NCBI GenBank assembly: GCA_050230475.1
Contig: JBFLGF010000224.1
Coordinates: 1 to 42,416, forward strand
Length of the DNA: 42,416 bases
Origin: Ancylonema sp.
Taxonomy: Eukaryota
Direction of reading: 5' to 3'
Position 1 is the first letter of the stretch, and each line of letters begins with the position of its first letter. Shown one piece after another: positions 17,418 through 28,996 of the stretch. Both the position numbers and the translations under genes were made by a program. The notes beneath the pieces are model-generated. The model did no database searches. It was not told the origin of the DNA and saw nothing but the letters and a program-made list of their open reading frames with translations.

Positions 17418-17913
17418 GCTGGCTGCCTTGCCTCTCGGTGGAAAATGAAGAAAAGGTTGAAGTGTAGAAGGACGTGTGAGCGGGGCATTGGTTCTCATTT
17501 TGGGGCGCTCTTATGGGGGCTTGTCGTCTAGTGCCTCCTAAAACTAGTGTGGTTAGCATCTTGGTGCGCCCAAAAAACGGAAGTTGCGAGCACTGGTTGC
17601 CTTTATGTAGAGGCCAAGGTGCCTCAGAATTTGCCGAATGTTCTGCTTTCACCACCCTCGCATCCCTCAGCATTCTTTGAAATGATGTGTGCAATGTACT
17701 CTGCATGCACCGTATGCTAAAGGTAGAAGATGCTTGCGAATGTAGACAGTTCACTACTGTGCACAAGTCACGTACGTTGACATTTCATTTACAACAGGTT
17801 GAATGTACGGAAACTTGCATCCCCTTGTCGTCCACCACGGAAGCACATCCCGACCAACATGAACACATTTTCAGTGTCAAATTTTGGCACCTTCTGGCTG
17901 TCTCGGATACGAC

Positions 17914-18572
17914 CAGGGTGGTAAAGATGACGTCATCTCAATTTTGCCACCGTAATTACGCAAGTGATTACCAACATTATGGTAATCGCAAGATTCTTGG
18001 GTAACAACAAGTAAAATACGTCATGGATCTGAAGGGTATCTTCGTCAAAATTTCGCGAAAATGACGCAACGAAACTGTGGTAATATGGTAATATGGTAAT
18101 ATGGTAATATGGTAATATGGTAATATGGTAATATGGTAATATGGTAATATGGTAATATGGTAATATGGTAATATGGTAATATGGTAATATGGTAATATGG
18201 TAATATGGTAATATGGTAATATGGTAATATGGTAATATGGTAATATGGTAATATGGTAATATGGTAATATGGTAATATGGTAATATGGTAATATGGTAAT
18301 ATGGTAATATGGTAATATGGTAATATGGTAATATGGTAATATGGTAATATGGTAATATGGTAATATGGTAATATGGTAATATGGTAATATGGTAATATGG
18401 TAATATGGTAATATGGTAATATGGTAATATGGTAATATGGTATAGAATTGAATTCATAATTAATTAAGGCAATCTTGGATTCGGATACGTCAGATTACGG
18501 GGGGTCCCCGCAATTACACCGTTGAAATTACGTGCCGTCATGTAAAACGTAAACTTCACGTTCACAACCCTA
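17914..18572. mobile_element. hAT-like MITE with 8-bp TSD, containing an expanded satellite
   Basis: Ends CAGGGTGGTAAA / TTCACAACCCTA (9/12 inverted match), flanked by GATACGAC (17906-17913) and GATACGAT (18573-18580). The right terminus is shared with 9304-9795. Confidence 0.75.
18078..18442. repeat. Perfect 8-bp tandem repeat (TGGTAATA)45
   Basis: 45 identical units plus TGGTA. It produces the spurious YHITILPY ORF. Confidence 0.98.
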
Positions 18573-18862
18573 GATACGATACGTCAGCATTTGGCCGACT
18601 GTCATTCTGGACCCCAACACGTGTCGTTGCAAACTCGATTATCAACATGTCCGGCGCATTTGAGAAATACGTTATTAGCGCCATATACGCCCGTCCGCAG
18701 CTGCCAAGCTTCCTCGAATGCTTCTGTGCTGTGGTGGGGCTGATGTTTTCCTCTCCCCGTAGTATTCCTTCCTAACATTTACACCTCAACAGCTTGCATG
18801 CAAAACTGCGTGTGAAATTGTATCCATGATTGTTGGCCGCAGCATAATATTGACACCAATCT

Positions 18863-18864
<2 letters not shown>

Positions 18865-18935
<71 letters not shown>

Positions 18936-18949
18936 TCTCTCTCTCTCTC
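18865..18949. repeat. (CT)n microsatellite upstream of DUSP12
   Basis: About 42 CT units with one interruption, ~250 bp before the ATG at 19195. Confidence 0.97.
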
Positions 18950-19194
18950 ATATACTCGGTCAATTACCTGTGAAGATTCCACCATCAATCATTGAAAGTG
19001 CATGGTGGAGCGGTGCCTGGCTGCTGGCTACTGACTATCAATCGAATAGAAGGAGCAGGTCGTCCAATCAGGACGTAGCTTCTCCATTTCACCGAGTCAT
19101 CTCTCCTTCCGAAATTCAGCCCAGAACAAATACGCGAAGAAATTTGGACGACCAAATCATTGCCGTTATCGTACAAATCTCACCAAGAATCACA

Positions 19195-21195
19195 ATGGCT
19201 ACGGCCCCTAGCGCCTCTGAGACTGGCCCGCTCACACCCGCACCAGATGCACCGATAACCGAAACACCTCCATCTACAACAGCGGTAAAAACGCCGATTT
19301 GGGATCGAGGAATTTATGCCGCAATGAACCTGGTGCGCCCGGGGTTGTTTCTCGGTAGTTTCGCTGCAAGAAGAGACGAAGCAGCGTTGCGTGCTGCTGG
19401 CGTCACACACGTGCTATGCCTCCTTCCAGTAGCTCCTCACGAGCTGCCTCCTGGTAAGTTCTCGTAGGCACTTTTTTGGTTTCCGGGATTGGTGGGCCTG
19501 TTCAGAGTTTGTGGTTTTTTGGTGTTATGCGGATCTCGGCTGTCGCTAGTTTCACCGACTAATTTTCCTTTATCTGTGGTGTGAATGCAGCTCCGTTCGA
19601 GAATAAGGTGGTCCCCATCAATGATGTCAGCTCAGCCAATCTCCTGGATGAGCTGGACTTGTGCTGTGCCTTCATATCGAGAGCAAGGGCAGGCGGGGGG
19701 GCGGTTCTGGTCCATTGTATGGCGGGTATCTCCAGAAGGTACTCCACCCGGGTCCCTCACATCCTGACACTTGTCATATGGCAACATCTCCCATCCTAAC
19801 ACATGTCATCCTCATCCTCTCCCCTGCTGCCATCTGTCCTGCCCTGTGCAGCGCTTCGGTGGTGGCGGCTTACCTGATGAAGACGGAGCACCTCTCCCTC
19901 TCAGCGGCTCTCGCCAGCATCGAAGAGGCTCGCCCCGTCATCAACCCAAACGACGGCTTCCTCCGACAGGTCGGTTGACTCATGTTGGTTCCGGTCCCGC
20001 CCACTCTGAGAGTGCTTCCCTTTGCACATGTGTGCAGTTGGGCCTGTACCACTCTATGGGGTGTGAGGTGGATGAGCAGCACGCAGACTACAAGGTCTTC
20101 AAGTTGGAGCAAATGAGTAAGGAGAGAAAGAGGCGCGCGGCGTGGTTGGTTAGTTGGGGCTGGTCGGTCGGTTGCATTCTGGTTCCGGTTTCAGCCGACA
20201 CCTTCCCTCCCCTTCCATTTTTCCGCGCTCAGTGTTGCGTTTGATGTCTGGAGGGGGCCTGGACTCCACCCGCCTGTCTGCCGACCCGGGAGCCACACCC
20301 ACCCCCCCAGCCCACACTGTTGAGAGCTGTCCCAAGGGGGTTAGGAGTGCGGTGCAATACCGATGCCAGAAGTGTCGGCGGGTTGTTGTGCTGGCGAAGC
20401 ATGTGTTGGAACACGAGAGGGGGAAGGGAGCGAAGCAGTTCAAGGGGAAGAAGTGGGTGGGGGGCCTGGGGGAAGGAGGGGGGGAGGACTGCTCGTCACT
20501 ATTCGTGGAGCCTCTGCAGTGGATGCAGAGTGGTGAGCGCAGGAACCACGCGGACTGGGGGGAGGATTCCAGAATGTAGGGTTTCTCAGTCCGAGGGTGT
20601 CAGGGTTTGTAGGAATTGAGGGAGTCAAGGGAATTGAAATTTGTGATGTTGAACAGAACTCGGGTTGGGTTACAGCGGGTCAATATTTTGTGACCGGGTG
20701 AAAGGGTGAAAGGGTGTTATCATGAAACTATGAAAGCATGAAATGGTGGACTGTTGAATTGTGGTTATAGAGATGTATCTCTATAACTGTTTGGGGTCTT
20801 TGCAGTTTTGTAGAATGGACATTTTCACCTCAAGTTCATTTCCTCAAATATAGCGCTATGAGTAGAGCGCAATCGTTGTTTGTCGCTTTTGGGTTGTGAT
20901 TGGGTGTCAGTGGGTTGCAGCGATAAACTGAATCCGGTATGCCACCCTAGTGGAGCATATAATGGTGTATGATGATGTCATGTGGCATTGGGCGATGGGG
21001 TCAGCACGGTCTTTGGGGGTGTGTTTTCTGCGTGGTGCAGTGAAGGGGGGGGAGATGGAGGGCAAGTTAGAGTGCGCCAAGTGTGCGTTGCGGTTGGGGT
21101 CCTTCAATTGGAGCGGCATGCAATGCTCGTGTGGCGCCTGGGTGACGCCGGCTTTTCAACTACACAAAAGCAAGCTTGACGCAGATGTGTGTTGA
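19195..21195 (+). CDS. DUSP12: Dual-specificity phosphatase DUSP12/YVH1-like with C-terminal zinc-binding domain; 6 exons, 352 aa
   Basis: Exons 19195-19453, 19591-19738, 19852-19969, 20038-20116, 20233-20532 and 21041-21195 are in phase. Catalytic VLVHCMAGISRS, AYLM and PNDGFLRQL; zinc domain YRCQKCRR...CSSLFVEP...LECAKC..LGSFNWSGMQCSCGAWVTPAFQLHKSK. Confidence 0.95.
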
Positions 21196-22024
21196 GGGGT
21201 CATGTGGGGCATTACTTTCTTGTTGTAGAGATCATTTTGTCGCGTTGGCTACAAAGGTACTCCTCACAAGATGTACACAATTATTATTTGTTCGATAAGA
21301 GTTTCAAACACGCTTTAAACACGCTTTGGTTGGGACATGCGATGTCCAGTGGGGTGGATGGAGATAGTTGAAATACGTCATTATTATTAGGCGCACCATT
21401 GTTTTATAATCGCGTCACACCAAATGGCCTTAGTTATAGCCATATACATATACAAATTGTTAACATGCTTACTTACAACCGATTCCTTGTAGAGTCGGCA
21501 TTCATGAGTGATATTTGTGAGTTTGGAGTGAAGAAGCCGGAGAAGATTGGCTATGGTGATACAATATGCATGTTTCTAAGACTTCTTATCATTATATCAC
21601 ATACCCGTATGCTAGCATGCTAACATAAGTACAAAGTCCAAAATATGGATAAAGCACAAGTACACAGAGATGAACATGGATACATACAAAAATACAGACG
21701 AGGATAACATACAACCTAGTGGTAGACATGATTCGAGAAAGTCAATAATGAAGATCGATGTAGACTTGTGGGTTGAATCCATCATTCAGAATTAATGTTG
21801 CCGTTTGACGATCCTTAAACTCGATCCGCAAAGAAAAAAAGGGCAATTTCGGCTAGTTATGTGTGATGAAACAAGTTTAGCGACCCCCTCATCATTGACG
21901 TCTGCACATTTCCATTTGGGATGAGTTCAAGGTGATGTCCAATCACAGCTAGGTACAATGAGAATTGCGAGGCACAACTGAACCTAGTCGATTGGTCACT
22001 CAACAAAAATAGGCGTGCACCAAA

Positions 22025-22303
22025 TGTTTTGATCGAAAAGGCGAATTAAATGACCGGAGGATTGGAGATGTAGTAAATCCCGATCCGCCTTGCATACTTT
22101 GACCTACGGCTAATCCGAACTAAATTTCTTTAAAGCCTCACAAGGCTAAGGTGGCTACCGGATCTAGTGCCACCTAGTGTGCTAATCATTGTCTAATTTC
22201 TCTTTGCTAGCAGCGGCTACGCAACGGTAGAGATGAACCCGAGCTCGGTTAATGTCTGGCATACATTTTTAGCTAAATATGGGGTGCGCCATATATTCCA
22301 ACA
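22025..22303 (-). mobile_element. Possible LTR remnant (TGTT...AACA)
   Basis: On the minus strand TAGGGGGTG (PPT-like) precedes TGTTGG at 22303. The segment ends AACA at 22025 and is followed by TTTGGTGCAC (PBS-like). No second LTR or pol coding sequence was seen. Confidence 0.25.
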
Positions 22304-24959
22304 CACCCCCTAGGAGGTCACACTTTTTAATATAAATCCTACACTCATAACACACTCTTTTTTCATCGACACCTTTGAGGTGGCATCAATGTTATCTACT
22401 TGGGTAACATGTACCCCTAACATTGCATTTCCATTATGGGATATTTCATGGTCGAAAACCTTCAGTCCCCAAAGACCCCAAAGAAAACCGTCGTCTCCCA
22501 AGGAAATGCAATATCTACTTCTATTATATCATTATTTCAAGTAGAGCTCGACATAAAGAGCCTTGCGCTCCCGCTCCTTGCAATGTGCAAAACACCAAAT
22601 GTCAGAATTTTCACAAAACACCCTGATCACAAAACTCGGCAAAGTGCAATAGCATTAGCATTGCAAAGCAAGAACATAACCATACAACTTCAGAGTTTCA
22701 GAAGGGAGGGATTTCAGGGTTGTGACTCAGCTGGATATGATGAGATCGGCACCCCCAGAATGGTACTCCTCCCCCCATTGTTCCCCTTTTGCCCACTTAA
22801 CGGTGGCAACCTCCAACGTAAGTGCTCCGATACACCGCTACACTTGAGGGTATAATCAAGTGTGTGTTTCCCTCAAGTGTCTGTCAAGTGTACATTTTGG
22901 TGATGCTCAGTAAATATTTGACTCCAACTTAGTGGTAATACTGTAACCGTCCTCTCTTGTGGCATTCCCTAACCCGATGATACAGTACATCACACTGCTT
23001 AGCTTTTTGTCTCTGTATCGGATTTAAGATCATACTGAGTGCTATTGTACTATCAGTGTAAACCCCAATACGGTGAGGAAACTCATTTTTTGTAACATTG
23101 ACTTAAAATAACGGCATTCTTCACTTACACTACATGCAGCCATGTATTCTGACTTTGCCGTACTCATGGCTTTTGTCGACTGTTTCTGACTCTTCCAATT
23201 TAATGCAGTCCCCCCCACAAACTATAACTGACATAGCAGTCGTGTTTCAACCAGTAGATGATGCACCGCAGTGCCCCCTTATTTTATAGAATTTTCTGTC
23301 CCACATATGTCAGTCCGCAGTCTTGTGTTCTGTCATCCTTGAAACGATCGCGCGCCTATATACTGATTATAGCGTGTAAACTATCGAGTGTGCTTAAACG
23401 GCAAGGTGCCCATAGCAAAGAATCATACAATTATAACGAAGGAATCGGTAATAAGCGATAACACGGAACACTTTCACAATGAGACGCGAATGTACTTCTT
23501 TTATTTGGCACGTGCCGGCATTTACAATCGTACGTAAAGTTTCGATGGTCTAACTAAGGGTTAGTTAGACATCACACGATTAATATGTTCCGCATTTGGC
23601 GGCGCCTAGTTCGCTACTCTCGCAAAAGACATGCTAGGCAGCACGTTACTGATCAGTGAGTGACGCACTCTGGGATACTGACCAGTGAACTGCAAGAGAA
23701 CTAATCTTCGCGATTAGCGTCTAGATTACGTTATTACAGTAGAGACAAACTACTTGTATATACACTGGCCTTTTGACGTATTAGCCGCAAGCTCTAGCGG
23801 CTGCCAGCAATGCTATGTAGCAGATCAGATCAGTCTCGTGATAGTCATGCATCATACCTAGTTGCAATATTGATGTTTAAGTGGTAGACATTGTAATACT
23901 TGGCTAGGAATGCATGAGCTAAATGTCGGTGAAGCCTCAAATCGGCGCCGCGAGTAGATGCTGATCCTGTAGCAGCAGAGCAGAGTTGTGAGCTATATAG
24001 TCAGAACATATTGTACTGTACCAAGACCTTAACTTTGTATGCCTCGGGAACCGCTGAAGAAATCTTGACTAAAACCATTGTGTATCGAGTATTCTGAAGT
24101 GTTTCGGCTGACCTTGATCAATCATTATTACATCTGCATTGAGTGTGAATTACTTTCATACTTGTCATTACGCTTCGAACACGAACGGCATAGTCTTGCC
24201 ATAGGAAAACTTACAAAGGCCTGTGCCATAGGAAAACTAGAAAATAATATTTGCCATGTTGTATATGCATGTAATGTGCTTGCAAATGATGTATGTTATT
24301 GCGCACGTGTGTTTGGCGGACCGCAGATTAGGTCATGACGCTATGTGATTACATCCATGATGACGGATTCACATTTAATTCGCACATGTGAATGCATAGA
24401 ACGACAAAGTTTATCGCACGTGTGGACATTACACGATGGAATAACATACGACAGTTCCTTTAAGATTCCTTAATAGTTGGTGTAAGACTTTAATATGTTT
24501 TACCCCAGGTTCAAAATGTGTTTGGCGAGTATGTTGAATGGATGTGTGTCGTGTTTTTTAATATCGTGCCATACTCACACGTGTCACACTATCGTTCTAA
24601 CGAACATAATTGTTAAGTGCGCCACCTACGTGCGAAACAATACTTCACCACATACGCTTCCGCTTACACATGCAACATGATCTAGTCCAAATCCGCACCA
24701 TACACATGCAATACAACTTACGGCCACCGCCAACACATCACCAGCACTTAAGCCCTGCCAAATGTAAATCACTAGGTGTCCACGGGCCATGCAGTGCCCG
24801 GGCCTCGACGAAACGTGTCCAAAGCGGTAGGATTTTTGCAAAGGTTGTTGTTTACCAAAATCGATACTGAATGCAAATCATACAGTCAAATGCGCAGTCT
24901 AATTGAATACAGAATGCACATGCACATGCCAGCCTGTAGAGGATAACACTGGCCAGTCT

Positions 24960-25034
24960 CCAGTCCGGACTGGGCCCAGTCCGGTCCGAACCGGGCTGGG
25001 ACCGGACTGGGCCCGGACCGGACCGGACCGGCCC
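24960..25034. repeat. GC-rich palindrome/hairpin built from GGACCG/GGACTG units, upstream of TXNDC17
   Basis: Palindrome CCAGTCCGGACTGG (24960-24973); 16-bp perfect inverted arms GGGCCCAGTCCGGTCC (24972-24987) and GGACCGGACTGGGCCC (24999-25014); then (GGACC)3. Confidence 0.85.
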
Positions 25035-25688
25035 CACGCTTCTACTGCCTGCCAGCGGTGCTGACTCGCCTCTGCCTCCTATCCCTTCCCGGCCACTCAC
25101 TCGGGAATCCGGTTGTCGGTTGATCCCGCACAGGATTTATTTACCACAGCAGATCACCATTAGGCTGTAGAGCTGTATACAAGCAATCCGATTTGGAATT
25201 TGCCCTTTCCATCTCTTTTGTCGTGATTTGATATATCTGTAGCCTCGCAACTTCTCTGTTTACAACGGTACTTCATCGGACTCGTCGCAGCACCGCTGGA
25301 TTCCTTCGCTTTTTCCTGCCAGTTTAGTCCTTTAGGAAAATATATTCTCTTTCTCTTACTTCTCTCCGTTATATTACTCCGTACATACCATTCCCAAGCT
25401 GACAATCTCGTAAGCGAGATACAGCCCACCAGGTCCGCCTACGGTGGTCACACGTTCAGCGGTGAAAGTCAGCAGTGGCCTTCGCAGAGTCGTGGTCCAC
25501 CTACTCGCTTTCCTGCCGACACCGCTTTCACCGAACGAGTCCATAGGCCCCTCGCACACAAACCGTTTCACAATGACGAAATAGGTCGCAATCAGGTAGC
25601 CAACAGCATCGTTATAACCGGCAGTGACTCGCTCCCGAACAACCGCCTGCCCTTCACCGAGGAGGCAATCAGTTTTCGGGATTCACGA

Positions 25689-27161
25689 ATGGCAGTCAGG
25701 GAATTGACGCTCTTCTCTTCTGCCGCTGAATCGAATACAACTCTCGCCTCGCTGGAGGCTGAGGGCAGCGCAAGGATTTTTGTCGTTTTCTTGGGGGATA
25801 GTGAGCCCGAATCTGGTCAAAGCTGGTGTCCAGGTACGGCTTTCAGCATGTGGACAGGAGTCGAGTGTAATCCGGGAGGGGAGTGGAAATGGTCGTACCG
25901 CCATCATGATTTGTGGTTCAGAGATTTTGGCAGCAGATAATGTGCATGTCTGTTATCATGCGAGTGCATAGAGACATGTGTATGCATGTGTATGCACATG
26001 GATGCATGAGGTGCGTCAATACAGGTAGGTGTATAATCATTCAACATCATCCCATATTCGTTTAGTCACATCAAATTGCATATGCAACCTATGGAGTCTA
26101 TCAAGTACATACTAAAATTATCAACTTATCATTTTGTATAGACAAGTCCACTCATTTACTCTTTTGAACTCAATTATGCAAATAGAGATCCACGCACTTG
26201 TACAGAAGGTGACATTTACATGTACATTACATATCTACAGACTTATGCGCACATACGCGGACGTATTTGTGCCCTTGTCCATTCAGCCCGTACGAATGTA
26301 TGTTAATACAAACATTCGTATGTGTTATAAGTGAGCATGCATCCACGTTTGAGAACCGACATTTGAAACCATCATGGAAGCAATCATCATGTTAAAAACA
26401 TGATGAAGATGATGATGATCATGTTGAAAACATGATGATGTCTGTGAGCGCATGTTTCACGATTCATGTTTGTATATGTGCATATATGCATTTATATTAA
26501 ATACATATGGATTCATGTATGTGCCCAAATAAGAATAGAGGTATTCACATATACTCAAGTACAGGTATGTCGCAAGCACTTTAGAGGACGAGCGTAAGCG
26601 GAGGTAGTGCACTCCCACTTGTCGACTCATTATTTGGATATGTACCAAATCGCATTCCGTTTGCAACGATGAATACGAGATGTGTTCGACACCCTCCATG
26701 CATCCGCCATTCCCTATTGCCTTCATGCCGTCATGAGTGGCACTCAAGGAACAAGGTGCCTCCGTGACTTCTGAGGAAGGCAGACACCTCCCCGGAGTTA
26801 TTGCGGGATGGCTCCGTACATCCCTCTCCGGTCAATCTAATCAAATTTCAGCTCATATTCTATTTCCGTACCAATCTCTCCTCCAACTCCCGAAACTCTC
26901 TCGCCTCCAGATTGCCGACGAGCCCTCCCGGTGATCCAGGCGGAGGTGAAAGCGTTGACGAGACCGGCGAGTGTAGTTTGGGTGTGCGTCGGGGACCGAG
27001 AGACCTGGAAATCGAATGCGAACCCGTACCGCGCTGCACCGTTTTGGGTGCGTGGTGTGCCGACCATCGCGAAATGGAAAAACGGGAGAGTGGATGCGAT
27101 AATGTTGGGGGATGACGAGGCTGATCAACCAGAGTTGGTGCGAAATTTCTTCACGGTTTGA
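25689..27161 (+). CDS. TXNDC17: Thioredoxin-domain protein 17 / Clot-like (WCPDC); 2 exons, 131 aa
   Basis: Exon 25689-25833 ends GQSWCP(G), then a phase-1 GT-AG intron, then exon 26911-27161 starts (AT)TGC, giving SWCPDCRRALPVI. Also VGDRETWK..NPYR and VRGVPTIAKW. Confidence 0.93.
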
Positions 27162-28358
27162 GCGTGATGGTGGAGCATCGCGATTCTGTTATCCTAGTCT
27201 TACTGTAGAAATCAACCGAAAGCTACTATCATTGCATTAAAGATGGAGGAGGATGTTATATAGACGATGGGAACTGGACATTTTCTACAGGACACTTGTC
27301 ACATGCAATTGAAATAATGGTTTCCTTTAATTTCATGTTGACTGTACAAATGGTTGACAGCGTTATTCTAGGTACGTGTGCGATTTTTGTGTTAATGTTG
27401 TGTCTCAACTCCAAAAGTATAGTGTTGATTTGGACAAACATGTGTATAATCTTTTCCTAGATGTCAACCGGGTGTGCCATGGATTTCTACTCAGATTTTC
27501 CAGACTACTCTGATTTTCCATCCTTTCTCTTGCTTATGCCTCATGATGTGAAGATGATTTTTACTTTCGAGTCGGATAAGTAGAAGGTACTGAACAATTC
27601 GCCAACTCCGGCAGCTTCCGTGATATGTGCCGAAGGTAAGAGTGCATGCACTTTCAGGGAGGGCATTTAGTCATTCCACTCCTGGCTTGCAAGGGGTTAC
27701 GCAAGGATGTTTATTTTCCCCGCTTTGATTATATGCTTATGCATCAGGATGCATATTTTTTGCATGTACGAGCAATCAAGGAGAGTAAATGCCACTCACA
27801 AGTTGCGGAAGTACATTTGTTAGACTATGTCATTTTGTGTTGTAGAACATAGTTTGCATGATACACCCCATGGTTGTTATATCTTCCCATCTTAGTTGTA
27901 TAATTGTCCGAAAAACCTATCCCATGCGAAAATCGCCGTAGAGGAATGTTTCAATTCCATTCAACGAGAGCTACATCGGATTAGATCGAAACTCAACCTC
28001 ACCTCTGCAAAATACTTCCATCATTCTATATCCACACCACCATACCACACATCACATAAATCACGATCACCGATCAAAATTTCTGTTATGACTATAAGCA
28101 CCACATTTTAAGCAAATCATCGCCCAATTGCAATCCACATCACCACAAGCTGCCCCGATTGCATATCGCAATATGGAATCGGTGCATCATATGTATATCA
28201 CATGACCCACCATCTCCGCAAATGTACATGCGGCATGCATGCACCCATTTCTTTGCAAAATCAAAGCAACACAAACCTACCTCATTCACTATTAAATCTT
28301 CTTACCATAATGCTGTATAAAATTACAAACTCTTCTCATTGCAATTGCCACCCCCTTG

Positions 28359-28965
28359 CTACAAGTGGTACTGCATGCCGACCTCGCACAGCTTGTCCTC
28401 CGGAATGCCGAACACTTTAGAAGCATCGACGTGGAAGTTGTGCACCAAAAACTGCGCACAACAGAGCATGTCGTTATGTCCCATTTCGACACGTTTTGCG
28501 GTGCATAGGGCGGAAGAAACGAGTGTCCCATCGACGGAGGTGGATGTCAGTCAGTCCACGATGTTTCCACCTCATTACTTCTCACAATCACCAACTTTTA
28601 TTATTTTTAATAGAAAGATGATTCCCCCCCACCACCGCCTGCCCTTTTTTTCTCGTACAGTATTTTATTTTTTACGTGTGCCTCTGATGAACCATTTTAT
28701 TTCCCCTTCTTTCCCAGTGAGGTAAGAGTGAGCAGCCTCTGCGTCTCACCATGAACGGCGCCTCCAGGAGCACTCTCTTCCACAACTTCTTTCCGTTTTT
28801 GGGTTTGGCCGAAGCCATGACGTACACCACCTTCCCGTTCTCTTGCGCGTTGCCCACTGCCCGAATCTCGCCTCCAATCGCAGCCAGCTTGCGGTAAGTC
28901 GCCGGCACCTGCCCATCCCGACCGACCTACCACTCAGCTGTCCGACCACCAACCACACGTCCTCC

Positions 28966-28996
<31 letters not shown>

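Noticed and set aside
17933..18457. 174-aa YHITILPY repeat ORF, or a CRISPR or telomere array
   Set aside because: It is the translation of a spacer-less 8-bp satellite lying internally within a MITE.
18772..18988. ER-repeat ORFs
   Set aside because: Translation of the (CT)n microsatellite.
20117..20140. Apparent GC donor (AG/GCGCGC) in DUSP12 intron 4
   Set aside because: A canonical GTAAGG donor at 20117 gives the required phase.
22436..22880. 139-aa ORF and an 11-bp hairpin (ACACTTGAGGG/CCCTCAAGTGT) as a possible Helitron end
   Set aside because: No recognisable motif in the ORF, and no CTRR terminus at the expected distance from the hairpin.
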